DNA of 54,064 nt from Candidatus Lustribacter sp. GTDB lineage: Bacteria > Vulcanimicrobiota > Vulcanimicrobiia > Vulcanimicrobiales > Vulcanimicrobiaceae. Below the pieces are notes generated by a model that did no database searches, was not told the DNA's origin, and saw nothing but the letters and a program-made list of their open reading frames with translations. The stretch spans positions 1-54,064 of the forward strand of contig DASYOE010000392.1 in the NCBI GenBank assembly GCA_036008105.1, in the 5' to 3' direction. A program made the position numbers and the translations under genes. Shown here piece after piece: positions 22,070 through 30,459 of the stretch (positions are counted from its first letter, which is position 1; every line of letters starts with the position of its first letter).

Positions 22070-23658
22070 ATAAACAAGCGATCGTCGGCCTCTTTACGCT
22101 CCTGGGGCTGGTCGCGCTCTTTGCCGTCTTTCTTATCATCGCCAACGTCGGCACCGGCGGGCGCTACCAAACGGCCGTGCACTTCAAGTCCGCCGCCGGC
22201 TTGCACAAGGGCGCGCTGGTGTACGAAAGCGGCGTCATCGTCGGCATCGTCGATCAAACGAAGCTCCTGCCCGAAGATTTCACCGTCGACGTGATCATGG
22301 CGATCAACAACGCCGTCGACATCCCGCGCGACTCGCGGTTCTTGATCGCGGCGCCGCTGACCGGCGACGCAACGGTCGAAATCGTCCCGCCGCCGCCGTC
22401 GCCGCGCCCGGTGGGCCTGGTCGGCCCGACCCCGGTGCCGCAGACCGTCGCGCTGCTGCCGCGCGAGGTTCTGCCGATCGAGCAGCAGCCGCAAGGCACG
22501 AATCCGGCGACGCTCGGCGACCTGCTTGAAGAAGGTCAGGGCGAAGTGCACCGCCTCGACCGCATGCTCTCCCAACTCGAAGACAGCGAGCCGCGGCTGC
22601 TCTCATCGCTGCAGTCGGCGATCGATCACGCGAACGTCTTGACGTCGGAAGGTAGCAAACGGCTCTTTCGCTTGACCGACCGCTTCGAAACGCTGACGTC
22701 GACGCTGCAACTCGCGCTGGACGCGGGCAGCAAGAACATCGTTCAGATGACCGCGACGCTCAACGCGACCACGCAGAAGAACAGCGCCAACGTCGACACG
22801 ATTTTCTCGATGCTGAGCCGCTCATCGGTGGCGCTGAACCAAACCGTCGATCAGGTGCGCGACCTGGCCTCGAACCCGGAGATCCACCAGAATTTGCTCG
22901 ATACGACGAAGGGTCTCGCGCAAACCGCGACGACCATCGGCGCGATCACCCAAGACCTGCGCAAGGTCACGAGCGACCCGCAAACCCAAGCCCAACTGCG
23001 CGATACGATCGCCAACACCGACGCGGCGACGCAAAAGCTCAACTCCTTACTGCACAGCTTCGGCGGAACGAGCAGCGTCTACGGCGTCGACGCCGGCGCG
23101 ACGCCCGCCCCGGCGACGGGCCCCGCCGGCACCGGTGGACCACGCGCGGCCGTGCCGAGCGAGTCGAGCGGCACGACCACCGGCAGCTTCCAGAGCCGCA
23201 TCGGAGCCGTCGCCCACAACTTGCTGGCGATTCAGATCCGCTTGAGCTACCTCGACGGCTACAATCCGAACTCGATCGGCCAGCCGCTGCTGGCCACGAG
23301 CAACCGCGGTCCGCAAAGCGACTTCAACGCGGTCCTCTTGCCGAACGGCCGCACCTCGTTTCTGATCGGCGCGAACGACATCGGAACGCCGCAAACCAGT
23401 TGGAACGTGGCGATGAAGCAGACCCTCGCGCCGCACCTTCAGGTCGGTGGCGGCGTGCTCTACAACAACCTCGGTGCGATGGTGCAGTATAACCCCGGCT
23501 TGCTCGGATTCGAAGCGCGCATCTACGATCCGAATTTCCCGACGCTCGACGCCTACGGCAACCTGAACGTTGCGCGCGGCGTGCAGCTCTTCGGCGGCGA
23601 GCGCGACATCCTCCACAACGGCCGGCGTACGGTGTTCGGTCTCCAGCTGCAGTTTTGA
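22066..23658 (+). CDS. mlaD: long MlaD/MCE-domain protein with helical stalk and C-terminal beta-barrel-like domain
   Basis: 530 aa with an N-terminal TM helix and an MCE domain ('YQTAVHFKSAAGLHKGALVYESGVIVGIVD...DIPRDSRFLIAAPLTGDATVEI'). These are followed by a Pro-rich linker, a ~180-aa helical region and a Gly/Thr/Pro linker. The last ~155 aa have an alternating pattern and end in '...RRTVFGLQLQF' (terminal Phe, as in OM barrels). Confidence 0.85.
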   Translation: MNKQAIVGLFTLLGLVALFAVFLIIANVGTGGRYQTAVHFKSAAGLHKGALVYESGVIVGIVDQTKLLPEDFTVDVIMAINNAVDIPRDSRFLIAAPLTGDATVEIVPPPPSPRPVGLVGPTPVPQTVALLPREVLPIEQQPQGTNPATLGDLLEEGQGEVHRLDRMLSQLEDSEPRLLSSLQSAIDHANVLTSEGSKRLFRLTDRFETLTSTLQLALDAGSKNIVQMTATLNATTQKNSANVDTIFSMLSRSSVALNQTVDQVRDLASNPEIHQNLLDTTKGLAQTATTIGAITQDLRKVTSDPQTQAQLRDTIANTDAATQKLNSLLHSFGGTSSVYGVDAGATPAPATGPAGTGGPRAAVPSESSGTTTGSFQSRIGAVAHNLLAIQIRLSYLDGYNPNSIGQPLLATSNRGPQSDFNAVLLPNGRTSFLIGANDIGTPQTSWNVAMKQTLAPHLQVGGGVLYNNLGAMVQYNPGLLGFEARIYDPNFPTLDAYGNLNVARGVQLFGGERDILHNGRRTVFGLQLQF

Positions 23659-24350
23659 TCCCGCTCGGTGACAACCGGCGGCTGCCGATCGTCCCCTACG
23701 TCGTCTACCTGCTGATCGCGCTCAACCTCTACGTCTTCGTGCAAGAACTGCGCGCCGACGACATCGACCGGTTCATCGACCTCTTCGCGACGATTCCGTA
23801 CGACATCACGCACGGCATCGTGTTGCCGCCGCCGAGCCCGCCGCTGCCCGTGCTGACGATCTTTACCGCGATGTTTCTGCACGCGAGCATCCTGCACGTC
23901 GGCTTCAACATGCTCTTCCTGTTCGTGTTCGGCCCCGTAATCGAATACGTGTGCGGCCACCTGCGGTTTACCGTGCTCTACCTGTCGTGCGGGGTCGCCG
24001 GCGGGCTCTTGCAGATCGCGATCGCGCCGAACAGCCACGTTCCCGAACTCGGCGCCTCGGGTGCCATTGCCGGAATCCTCGGCGCGTACATCGTCACCTA
24101 CCCGGCCGCGCGGATCAACACGATCGTCCCGATCGGCTGTTTTCCGCTGTTCCTCCGGCTGCCGGCGGTCATCGTCATCGGCATCTGGGCGGCGATCCAG
24201 TTTGCGAATGGTTTCGGCTCGCTCTCGTCGCGACTGGGGACCGAGAGCGACGCCACCGCCTACTTCGTTCACATCGGCGGCTTCAGCTTCGGCGTACTGG
24301 CGATCGGACTGTTCCGGCGCCGCGACGCGGGAACGCGCGCCGGACGCTGA
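23655..24350 (+). CDS. rhomboid-family intramembrane serine protease
   Basis: Six-TM pattern with 'FLHASILHVGFNMLFLFVFG' (the H..N motif), catalytic 'GASGAIAGILGAY' and 'HIGGFSFG'. The TTG start overlaps the mlaD stop. Confidence 0.88.
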   Translation: MIPLGDNRRLPIVPYVVYLLIALNLYVFVQELRADDIDRFIDLFATIPYDITHGIVLPPPSPPLPVLTIFTAMFLHASILHVGFNMLFLFVFGPVIEYVCGHLRFTVLYLSCGVAGGLLQIAIAPNSHVPELGASGAIAGILGAYIVTYPAARINTIVPIGCFPLFLRLPAVIVIGIWAAIQFANGFGSLSSRLGTESDATAYFVHIGGFSFGVLAIGLFRRRDAGTRAGR

Positions 24351-24357
24351 GTAATAC

Positions 24358-25275
24358 GTGAGCATGCGCATCGGTATCATCGGCGCCGGCGCGCTGGGGA
24401 CGCTCTTCGGTTACCGGCTCGCGCGCAGCAACGACGTGTCGATGCTCGAACGCCGCCCCGACGTCGTGAGCGCGGTGCGCGAACACGGGCTGCGCAGCGT
24501 CGACGGTAACGAACGCCGCGCGGTCACGATTTCCTCGTCGGCTCGCGACCTCTTCACGTCCAACGTCCTGTTCGTGTTCGTGCGCGCCACCGACACCATG
24601 CGGGTGCTGCGGCCGTTCGTGAACGAGCTCGACCCGTCGTGCGTGATCGTCTCGCTGCAAAACGGGATCCAGAACGAAGACGCGGTGAAAGCGGCGCTCG
24701 GGAGCAACGTGGCGCTGGTGCTGGGTGCCACGACGGAATCGGCCCTCACGCTGGCGCCCGGCAGCGCCGCGCCGGTCGGCACCGGCACGACGATCGTCGG
24801 CCCGGGCGGCGCCACGCCCGAGGTCTGCGCGCGGATCGCGCGGCTGTTGACCGATGCCGGCATGGCGGCATCGGTGGCTTACGATATCCGTCCGCACCTG
24901 TGGGGAAAACTCGTCGCCAACGCCGCGATCAATCCGGTCGCCGCGCTGCTCGACCGCCCCAATGGGATCATCCTCGAGGATACGAATGCGGGCGAGCTCG
25001 CGCGGTCGCTCGCGCAAGAGGCAGCGACCGTCGCGGGCGCGATGCGCATCGCGCTGCCGTTCACCGACCCCTGGAGCTACGTGCGCTCGATCGCCGAGCA
25101 GACCGCGGACCTGCGCAATTCCATGCTGGCCGATTTGACCGGGGGCGCGCAGACGGAAAACGATCACATCAACGGCGCGGTGGTGGCCGCCGGACGGCGC
25201 GCCGCCGTACCGACGCCTTACAACGACACCATCTTCCGTCTGATCCGGGCACGTGAAGCGGTAGCCCAAAAATAA
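24358..25275 (+). CDS. panE: 2-dehydropantoate 2-reductase (ApbA/PanE family)
   Basis: 'MRIGIIGAGALGTLFGYRLA' Rossmann N-terminus, 'LQNGI', 'WGKLVANAAINPVAALL' and 'SMLADL..G..TE.D.ING'. The start could instead be the ATG at 24364. Confidence 0.82.
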   Translation: MSMRIGIIGAGALGTLFGYRLARSNDVSMLERRPDVVSAVREHGLRSVDGNERRAVTISSSARDLFTSNVLFVFVRATDTMRVLRPFVNELDPSCVIVSLQNGIQNEDAVKAALGSNVALVLGATTESALTLAPGSAAPVGTGTTIVGPGGATPEVCARIARLLTDAGMAASVAYDIRPHLWGKLVANAAINPVAALLDRPNGIILEDTNAGELARSLAQEAATVAGAMRIALPFTDPWSYVRSIAEQTADLRNSMLADLTGGAQTENDHINGAVVAAGRRAAVPTPYNDTIFRLIRAREAVAQK

Positions 25276-25396
25276 CCGGAAAAACGAGAAGGCCGCAGGC
25301 GTATATTTTCGCGAAAACACTTCCAATAGCTGGTGTTTTTCACGTATGATTGGCGCGATCCGGCTAAGTTAGCCGATTCGCTAGCGAAAGGAATCC

Positions 25397-25801
25397 ATGA
25401 CGAAATCGGAACTGGTGCGAGTACTCGCCGAAGACTTCGAACTGCCGCGGCGGCAAGTGAACGACCTGGTCGAGGGGCTCCTCGAAAAGATCACCGAAGT
25501 CCTTAAGTCCGGCGACAAGGTCGCACTCACGCCCTTCGGGCAGTTCAGAATCCGCGACCGGGCGGCGCGCATGGCGCGCAATCCCCAGACGGGTGAACCG
25601 GTCCACGTGCCGGCCAAGCGCGTACTGCGTTTCACCGCCGGACGCACCCTCAAAGAAGCCGTCGGCGCACCCAAGCGCGGCGGTGCGAAAAAGACGGCCA
25701 AGAAGTCGGCGGCAAAGAAATCCACCGCCAAAAAGGCCCCCGCCAAGAAGGCCGTCGCCAAGAAGGCGCCGGCAAAGAAAAAGACCGCGAAGAAGCGCTA
25801 G
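25397..25801 (+). CDS. hup: HU-family DNA-binding protein with Lys/Ala-rich C-terminal tail
   Basis: The HU fold is 'MTKSELVRVLA...GDKVALTPFGQFRIRDRAARMARNPQTGEPVHVPAKRVLRFTAG'. A 40-aa tail follows: 'GAKKTAKKSAAKKSTAKKAPAKKAVAKKAPAKKKTAKKR'. Confidence 0.92.
   Translation: MTKSELVRVLAEDFELPRRQVNDLVEGLLEKITEVLKSGDKVALTPFGQFRIRDRAARMARNPQTGEPVHVPAKRVLRFTAGRTLKEAVGAPKRGGAKKTAKKSAAKKSTAKKAPAKKAVAKKAPAKKKTAKKR
25682..25798 (+). repeat. degenerate in-frame AKK-type tetrapeptide repeat (HU tail)
   Basis: This is a run of (A/P/S/T)(A)KK units encoded by reiterated gc(n)aagaag / gcaaagaaa codon blocks. Confidence 0.6.
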
Positions 25802-25810
25802 GCTTCTGGT

Positions 25811-27313
25811 TTACGAACGCTTCTGCGCGCGGGCGGCGTAGAAGCGTTCGATAAAGTCGAGCGGTCCGGTGCGCCAGCCCGTTCCCTCGGCAAAGCCGTC
25901 GCCGAAGGCGAGATAGTTGTCGCGACCGGCATCGAACGGCGCCCAGTGCGGCACGCCCGGTCCGTTCGGATCGCCGCTCGCGGCAAAATTGACCCACGCC
26001 GCCATCAACGCGTCCGAAACTGCCCGGTCGCGCGCATCAAAGTCCCCGTTCCCGAAGACGTACACGATGTCGTCGGTGTGGACCGGCGGTTTCGACGTGT
26101 GGTTCCCTTCGTGGCTGAAGACGTAGCGATAGGTCTTGGGCTGATGCTTGCTGATTTCGCGCGCCAGGCTCCGCGCGCCGTAGCTGAACTGGGCGTCACC
26201 GAAGGCGGCCTCGACCGCTCGCACGACGTCCCCGTCGGCGGCGGCACCGTAGTGCTTCCACGCTTCGTCGACCATGTCGCCGTAGTTGTCCTCGACGTAG
26301 GGGCGCAGTTTGTCGACCGTCGTCACCGGGATGTTTTTGCTGAACCAGCCGCCCTCGTTCGCGGCACCGCCGACGATCGCCGGAACGTGCGCGAAGCTGC
26401 CGGAGCGGAAGGCATCGACCTCGTCGAGGTCGATCGCGTAACCGTCGATGATGGGCCGCAGCGGGCGCGGAATCGTGAGGCCGCGCACCGCCGGATTGAT
26501 CTTGGCGTTCAGCGGAAGAAGATCGGCGGCCGGGGTCGCGCGCATCACCGCCAAGTCGTTACCGGCCACGAGACCCGCCGTTTCGGCGTCTTTCAAGGGC
26601 GAGAGCGGCCGGAACGAGCCGGGGCTCTGCAAGATGACCTGATCGAACGTGCCGCGCGCCAGCGGCGAAATGAGCAGCGATGCGACGACCGCGCCGCCGG
26701 CCGATTCGCCGAACGCGGTCACGCGTTTGGGATCGCCGCCGAAGGCCGCTATATTTTCACGAATCCAGCGTAGCGCCGCGATCGCATCCATGAAGCCGTA
26801 GTTGCCGGAGGCGTGCTGCGGCGACTCGGCCGTCAGCGCCGGGTGCGCGAGAAAACCGAACACGCCGACGCGGTAGTTCACGCTGACCAGCACCGCGCCG
26901 AGCCGCGCGAAGCGTTCGCCGTCGGTGCGCTCCTTCGCGCCCGAATCCGCGATGAACCCGCCCCCGTCGAACCACACCAGCACCGGCGCACCGCCGTCCG
27001 GTACCGTCGCCGGCGCCCACACGTTCAGCGTCAGGCAATCCTCGGACATGCCGGGCGCGCGCGAGCCGCGCGAAGCGGGCTCGCCGGCTTGCATCGGGTC
27101 GAGCCCGAAGCGCGAGCCGTCGTGGACACCACTCCAGGGAGCGACCGGCTGCGGCGGCCGCCAGCGCAGCGGGCCGACCGGCGGCGCGGCGTAGGGAATC
27201 CCGCGGAACACCCGCACGTCGGTGCCGGTGCCGGAGATGTCACCGGAAGAAGTGTGTACGACGGACTGCACGTTCATAGCCATAGCCAGGCCCCACTTCG
27301 ACCCGGAGCGCAT
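25811..27313 (-). CDS. type-B carboxylesterase/lipase family protein
   Basis: 'FRGIPYAAPPVGPLRWRPP', 'SEDCLTLNVW', the nucleophile elbow 'FGESAGGAV' and 'VHTDDIVYVFG'. The start may instead be one of the internal Met codons (M11/M13). Confidence 0.9.
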   Translation of the reverse strand: MRSGSKWGLAMAMNVQSVVHTSSGDISGTGTDVRVFRGIPYAAPPVGPLRWRPPQPVAPWSGVHDGSRFGLDPMQAGEPASRGSRAPGMSEDCLTLNVWAPATVPDGGAPVLVWFDGGGFIADSGAKERTDGERFARLGAVLVSVNYRVGVFGFLAHPALTAESPQHASGNYGFMDAIAALRWIRENIAAFGGDPKRVTAFGESAGGAVVASLLISPLARGTFDQVILQSPGSFRPLSPLKDAETAGLVAGNDLAVMRATPAADLLPLNAKINPAVRGLTIPRPLRPIIDGYAIDLDEVDAFRSGSFAHVPAIVGGAANEGGWFSKNIPVTTVDKLRPYVEDNYGDMVDEAWKHYGAAADGDVVRAVEAAFGDAQFSYGARSLAREISKHQPKTYRYVFSHEGNHTSKPPVHTDDIVYVFGNGDFDARDRAVSDALMAAWVNFAASGDPNGPGVPHWAPFDAGRDNYLAFGDGFAEGTGWRTGPLDFIERFYAARAQKRS

Positions 27314-27322
27314 CAGGCCCGC

Positions 27323-27727
27323 ATGAGTTTGCTCAAGCGGATCACGAGCCCGGCGGTCGCGGAACCGCCGCCCGAATCGTTCTCACAGTGCCTGGTCGCG
27401 GGCGATTTGATCTTCATTTCGGGCCAGATCGCGCGCGGCGGCGACGGCCGCATCGAGGGCGACGGCACGATGCTCTCGCAAGCCACCATCGCGCTCGGCA
27501 AGATCAAGGCGTTGCTCGAAGCCGCCGGCGCCACGATGGACGACGTCGCGAAACTGAACGTGTTTACCACCGACGTCACGCAGCGCGCCGAGATCGGCGC
27601 GGCCCGCAAGAAATTCTTCACCGGCGATTTCCCGACGTCGACGTTGGTCGGGGTAGCGGCACTGGTCGAGCCCGGCTTACTCGTCGAAATCGAGGCGACG
27701 GCCGTCCATCCCCGTGCGGGGCGCTAG
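27323..27727 (+). CDS. RidA/YjgF-family reactive-intermediate deaminase
   Basis: ATG at 27323 lies in the frame of ORF 26813-27727. Motifs: 'AGDLIFISGQIA', 'DVAKLNVFTTD' and 'PTSTLVGVAALVEPGLLVEIEATA'. Confidence 0.87.
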   Translation: MSLLKRITSPAVAEPPPESFSQCLVAGDLIFISGQIARGGDGRIEGDGTMLSQATIALGKIKALLEAAGATMDDVAKLNVFTTDVTQRAEIGAARKKFFTGDFPTSTLVGVAALVEPGLLVEIEATAVHPRAGR

Positions 27728-28245
27728 GTCAGCGGCGCTCCGGTCGCGTCGATCAGCACGAACGCGATCTTGCACGGCGCCTCGCTGCGGTTGACCCAGG
27801 CGTGGTTCGTGCCCTGCTGGATCAGGAAGTCGCCGGCTTTCAAGTGCACTTCGGAATCGTCGAGCAGCATGTCGATTTCGCCCTCCAGCACGATCGCGTA
27901 GTCGACGCTCTCGGTCGCGTGCATGTGCGGATGGCGCGGCGGACGGCGGCCGCGCGAATCGGGCGCGATGCCCATCTCTCGCAGCACGGCGGCGTTGTCG
28001 GCCGTATATCCCGGCGGTTCGGGCGGGAACTCGACGATGCGCAAGATTGTGTTTCCGGGCAGTGGTCCGGTGGGAATCTTCACCGCGCCCCGGTCGTCCT
28101 TGGCGTAGGTGGCCGGCATCGAACCGGTCGTCCACATCAGGGTCGAACGCGTGCCGCTCGAGCGCGTGCCGACGTTCGGACATTCTTCGTCGGAGAGCAC
28201 GATCGCGCGGCCGTCCGGCGCGTGGGTGGTGACGACGCGCCTCAT
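27724..28245 (-). CDS. cupin-domain protein (metal-binding cupin_2 type)
   Basis: Met77 of ORF 27724-28473 is the start, and it overlaps the upstream gene's stop (ATGA). Cupin motif 1 is 'HPHMHATESVDYAIVLEG'. Motif 2 is 'GDFLIQQGTNHAWVN'. Confidence 0.75.
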   Translation of the reverse strand: MRRVVTTHAPDGRAIVLSDEECPNVGTRSSGTRSTLMWTTGSMPATYAKDDRGAVKIPTGPLPGNTILRIVEFPPEPPGYTADNAAVLREMGIAPDSRGRRPPRHPHMHATESVDYAIVLEGEIDMLLDDSEVHLKAGDFLIQQGTNHAWVNRSEAPCKIAFVLIDATGAPLT

Positions 28246-29228
28246 GCGCCGGCCCGCTCGCGCTCGACGAACGAACGCAGCGCCGCCCGCAGCGCGGGAT
28301 CGACGCCCATGTAGGCACGCGGATCGGTACCCTCGTGCACGGCCCGGTGCGGCTTCTCGCCGTCTTGTGTCGGCGGCGGCGACCGCTGGATCAGATAGCG
28401 GTCGTTTTGGTGGAAGATGTCGAAGCGCATCTGGGTGAGCGGGATGACGTCGGCCGTATATTCCAGGATCCAAATGCGGTCCACGCGGTCGCGGAACATC
28501 AGGTAGCGCAACGTCCCGAAGCGCAGCTCGCGCTCGTGCAGACAGTGCAGCCCGAGCACCTCGCCGTCGAGATAGCGGTAGCCGTCCTGGGCCATCGTCC
28601 GGTCGCGACGTTCCTCATCGCTGACCTCGCCGGCCGCGAGGCGCAGCTGATAGTCGCCCCGCTCGACGTCGATCTCGGCGACCGCTTTGGCCAGTTCCGC
28701 GAGCCGCGGATCGGCTTCGAGTTCTTTCTTCCCCTCCTCGGTTTTGTAGTACTTGCGCACGTCGAGTTCGTGCACGACCAGTGCCGTCTCGATCTTGTCC
28801 ATGTGCTTCTGCAAGTCGCGTGAGGTCGCCCGGACCTTCATCATCGCTTCGCGCTTGGCGTTAGCCGCCTCGACGGCTTGTTTGTAGAATTTCTCCGCCG
28901 CGCCCATCGACATGAGGTTGTCGAAAAACAGCGTCGGAGGCCGGACGATTCCGCTGGCGGTGCGCTGCTTGGGCACGATGCGCGCGTATTTGGAGCGGGT
29001 CGAGTGGGCGTGGCGTTCGAGCGCGGCCAGAACCGCCTCCGAGGCGCGCTTATTCGCCTCGAAGCGGAGCCGCTGAAACTCGTGCTCCTCGCGCATCTTG
29101 CGCAGGGCGCCGGCGATCGCGGCGATCAGAAGCGTCTTCGCGACCGCATGATATTGCTTGCGGACTTCGTTATCCGCAGCAAAGTCCGGGACGACATACG
29201 GTGGCTCGTCACGCGAAATCAGGCCCAC
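28242..29228 (-). CDS. hypothetical protein (charged helical centre plus C-terminal beta-looking domain)
   Basis: 328-aa ORF with a GTG start and host-like GC3-rich codon usage. It is translationally coupled to the cupin gene. I recognise no family. The alternative-frame ORFs in this region are low-complexity. Confidence 0.6.
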   Translation of the reverse strand: MGLISRDEPPYVVPDFAADNEVRKQYHAVAKTLLIAAIAGALRKMREEHEFQRLRFEANKRASEAVLAALERHAHSTRSKYARIVPKQRTASGIVRPPTLFFDNLMSMGAAEKFYKQAVEAANAKREAMMKVRATSRDLQKHMDKIETALVVHELDVRKYYKTEEGKKELEADPRLAELAKAVAEIDVERGDYQLRLAAGEVSDEERRDRTMAQDGYRYLDGEVLGLHCLHERELRFGTLRYLMFRDRVDRIWILEYTADVIPLTQMRFDIFHQNDRYLIQRSPPPTQDGEKPHRAVHEGTDPRAYMGVDPALRAALRSFVERERAGA

Positions 29229-29320
29229 TCATGCATCCTTCTCGATGGAGCGCCGCGAAGGCTTCTTCTTTGGCCGCCAGGCCAAATGCAAAGCAGCGAG
29301 CGAAGCGAGCGTCCCAAGCA

Positions 29321-29542
29321 GTGCCCGAAGACGACGATGACGTCATTCGCGAGATAGCGGACGAGATTCACCGGTACATCCAGGCCTTCCCCAACAGCTA
29401 CGCCTCCCGGGCGCTGGCCGGCCTCGTCAATCGGGAGGTTGCGGGAGAGGCGATCGACGACGACGAGCGGGAACTCGTCCTGATGACCCTCGTGCGCGAA
29501 GCCAAGGCCCAGGCCCGGCAACGGCGCTTCGGCCGCGAGTGA
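29321..29542 (+). CDS. small acidic hypothetical protein, first gene of the psuK operon
   Basis: GTG at 29321 (or ATG at 29231) lies in ORF 29201-29542. The product is 'VPEDDDDVIREIADEIHRYIQAFPNSYASRALAGLVNREVAGEAIDDDERELVLMTLVREAKAQARQRRFGRE'. Its stop overlaps the psuK GTG (GTGA). Confidence 0.4.
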   Translation: MPEDDDDVIREIADEIHRYIQAFPNSYASRALAGLVNREVAGEAIDDDERELVLMTLVREAKAQARQRRFGRE

Positions 29543-30459
29543 GCCGGCCGGAAGCGGGGGCGCGGAACCGGGTCGTCTGCGTTGGGAACGCCGCGCTCGA
29601 CCGCAGTTTCGTGCTGGCCGGGCCCGCCCGTCTGGGGACGTCCAATCCGGCCGAGGTCCGGTCGGGATTCGGCGGCGTCGCGCGCAACGTGGCCGAGAAC
29701 CTCGCCCGGCTGGGCATTCCGGTGGCGCTCGTCACGCAGGTCGGTGAGGATGCCGGCGGCCGCGCGCTTCGCGACGACTGCGCGGCGCTCGGAATCGACG
29801 TGCGCGGCGTGCTCCGCTCGCCCGTGCATCCGACCGCCGAATACGTCGCGATCGTCGACGCGCTGGGCGAGCTCGTTATCGGAGCCGCCGCAACGGCGGC
29901 GATCGACGCCTTGAGCGTGGCCCAACTCGGGGCGGCGTTCGATGAAGACGGGCGAACGGCGTGGACGTTCGCCGACTGTACGCTGCCCGCGCCGGTGCTC
30001 GCTGCATTGGTGGAGGACCGGCGTGCCGGCGGTCCGCCGCTGGCGATCGATGCCGTGTCCACGGCCCGAGCGGAGCGGCTGCCGCGCGATCTGGCCGGAC
30101 TCGATCTGTTGTTTCTCAACGAGGACGAGGCCCGGACGCTGACCGGGAACGAGTCCGGCAGTATCGTCGACGTGGCACGAGCGGTGCGCGAGCGGGGCGC
30201 CGCTTCGGTCGTGCTCACGCGTGGCGGCAGCGGTATCGTGCTCGCTACCGTGGCGGGAACGAGCGAAATCGCGGTGCCGCCGGCGACCCCGGTCGACGTC
30301 AGCGGGGCGGGTGACGCGCTGATCGCCGGCACGCTGTTCGGCCTCATGTCCGGGGCGGGGCTGTCCAATGCGGTGCGAACCGGTTCGCGCGTGGCCAAGT
30401 TGACGCTCGAGTCGCCCACGACGGTATCGCGCGCGCTCACGCCGGCGGCGATCGCCTGA
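29539..30459 (+). CDS. psuK: PfkB-family carbohydrate kinase, probable pseudouridine kinase
   Basis: PfkB motifs 'GGVARNVAENLARLG' and 'VDVSGAGDALIAG'. The function is inferred from its position directly upstream of psuG, as in E. coli yeiC-yeiN. Confidence 0.72.
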   Translation: MSRPEAGARNRVVCVGNAALDRSFVLAGPARLGTSNPAEVRSGFGGVARNVAENLARLGIPVALVTQVGEDAGGRALRDDCAALGIDVRGVLRSPVHPTAEYVAIVDALGELVIGAAATAAIDALSVAQLGAAFDEDGRTAWTFADCTLPAPVLAALVEDRRAGGPPLAIDAVSTARAERLPRDLAGLDLLFLNEDEARTLTGNESGSIVDVARAVRERGAASVVLTRGGSGIVLATVAGTSEIAVPPATPVDVSGAGDALIAGTLFGLMSGAGLSNAVRTGSRVAKLTLESPTTVSRALTPAAIA

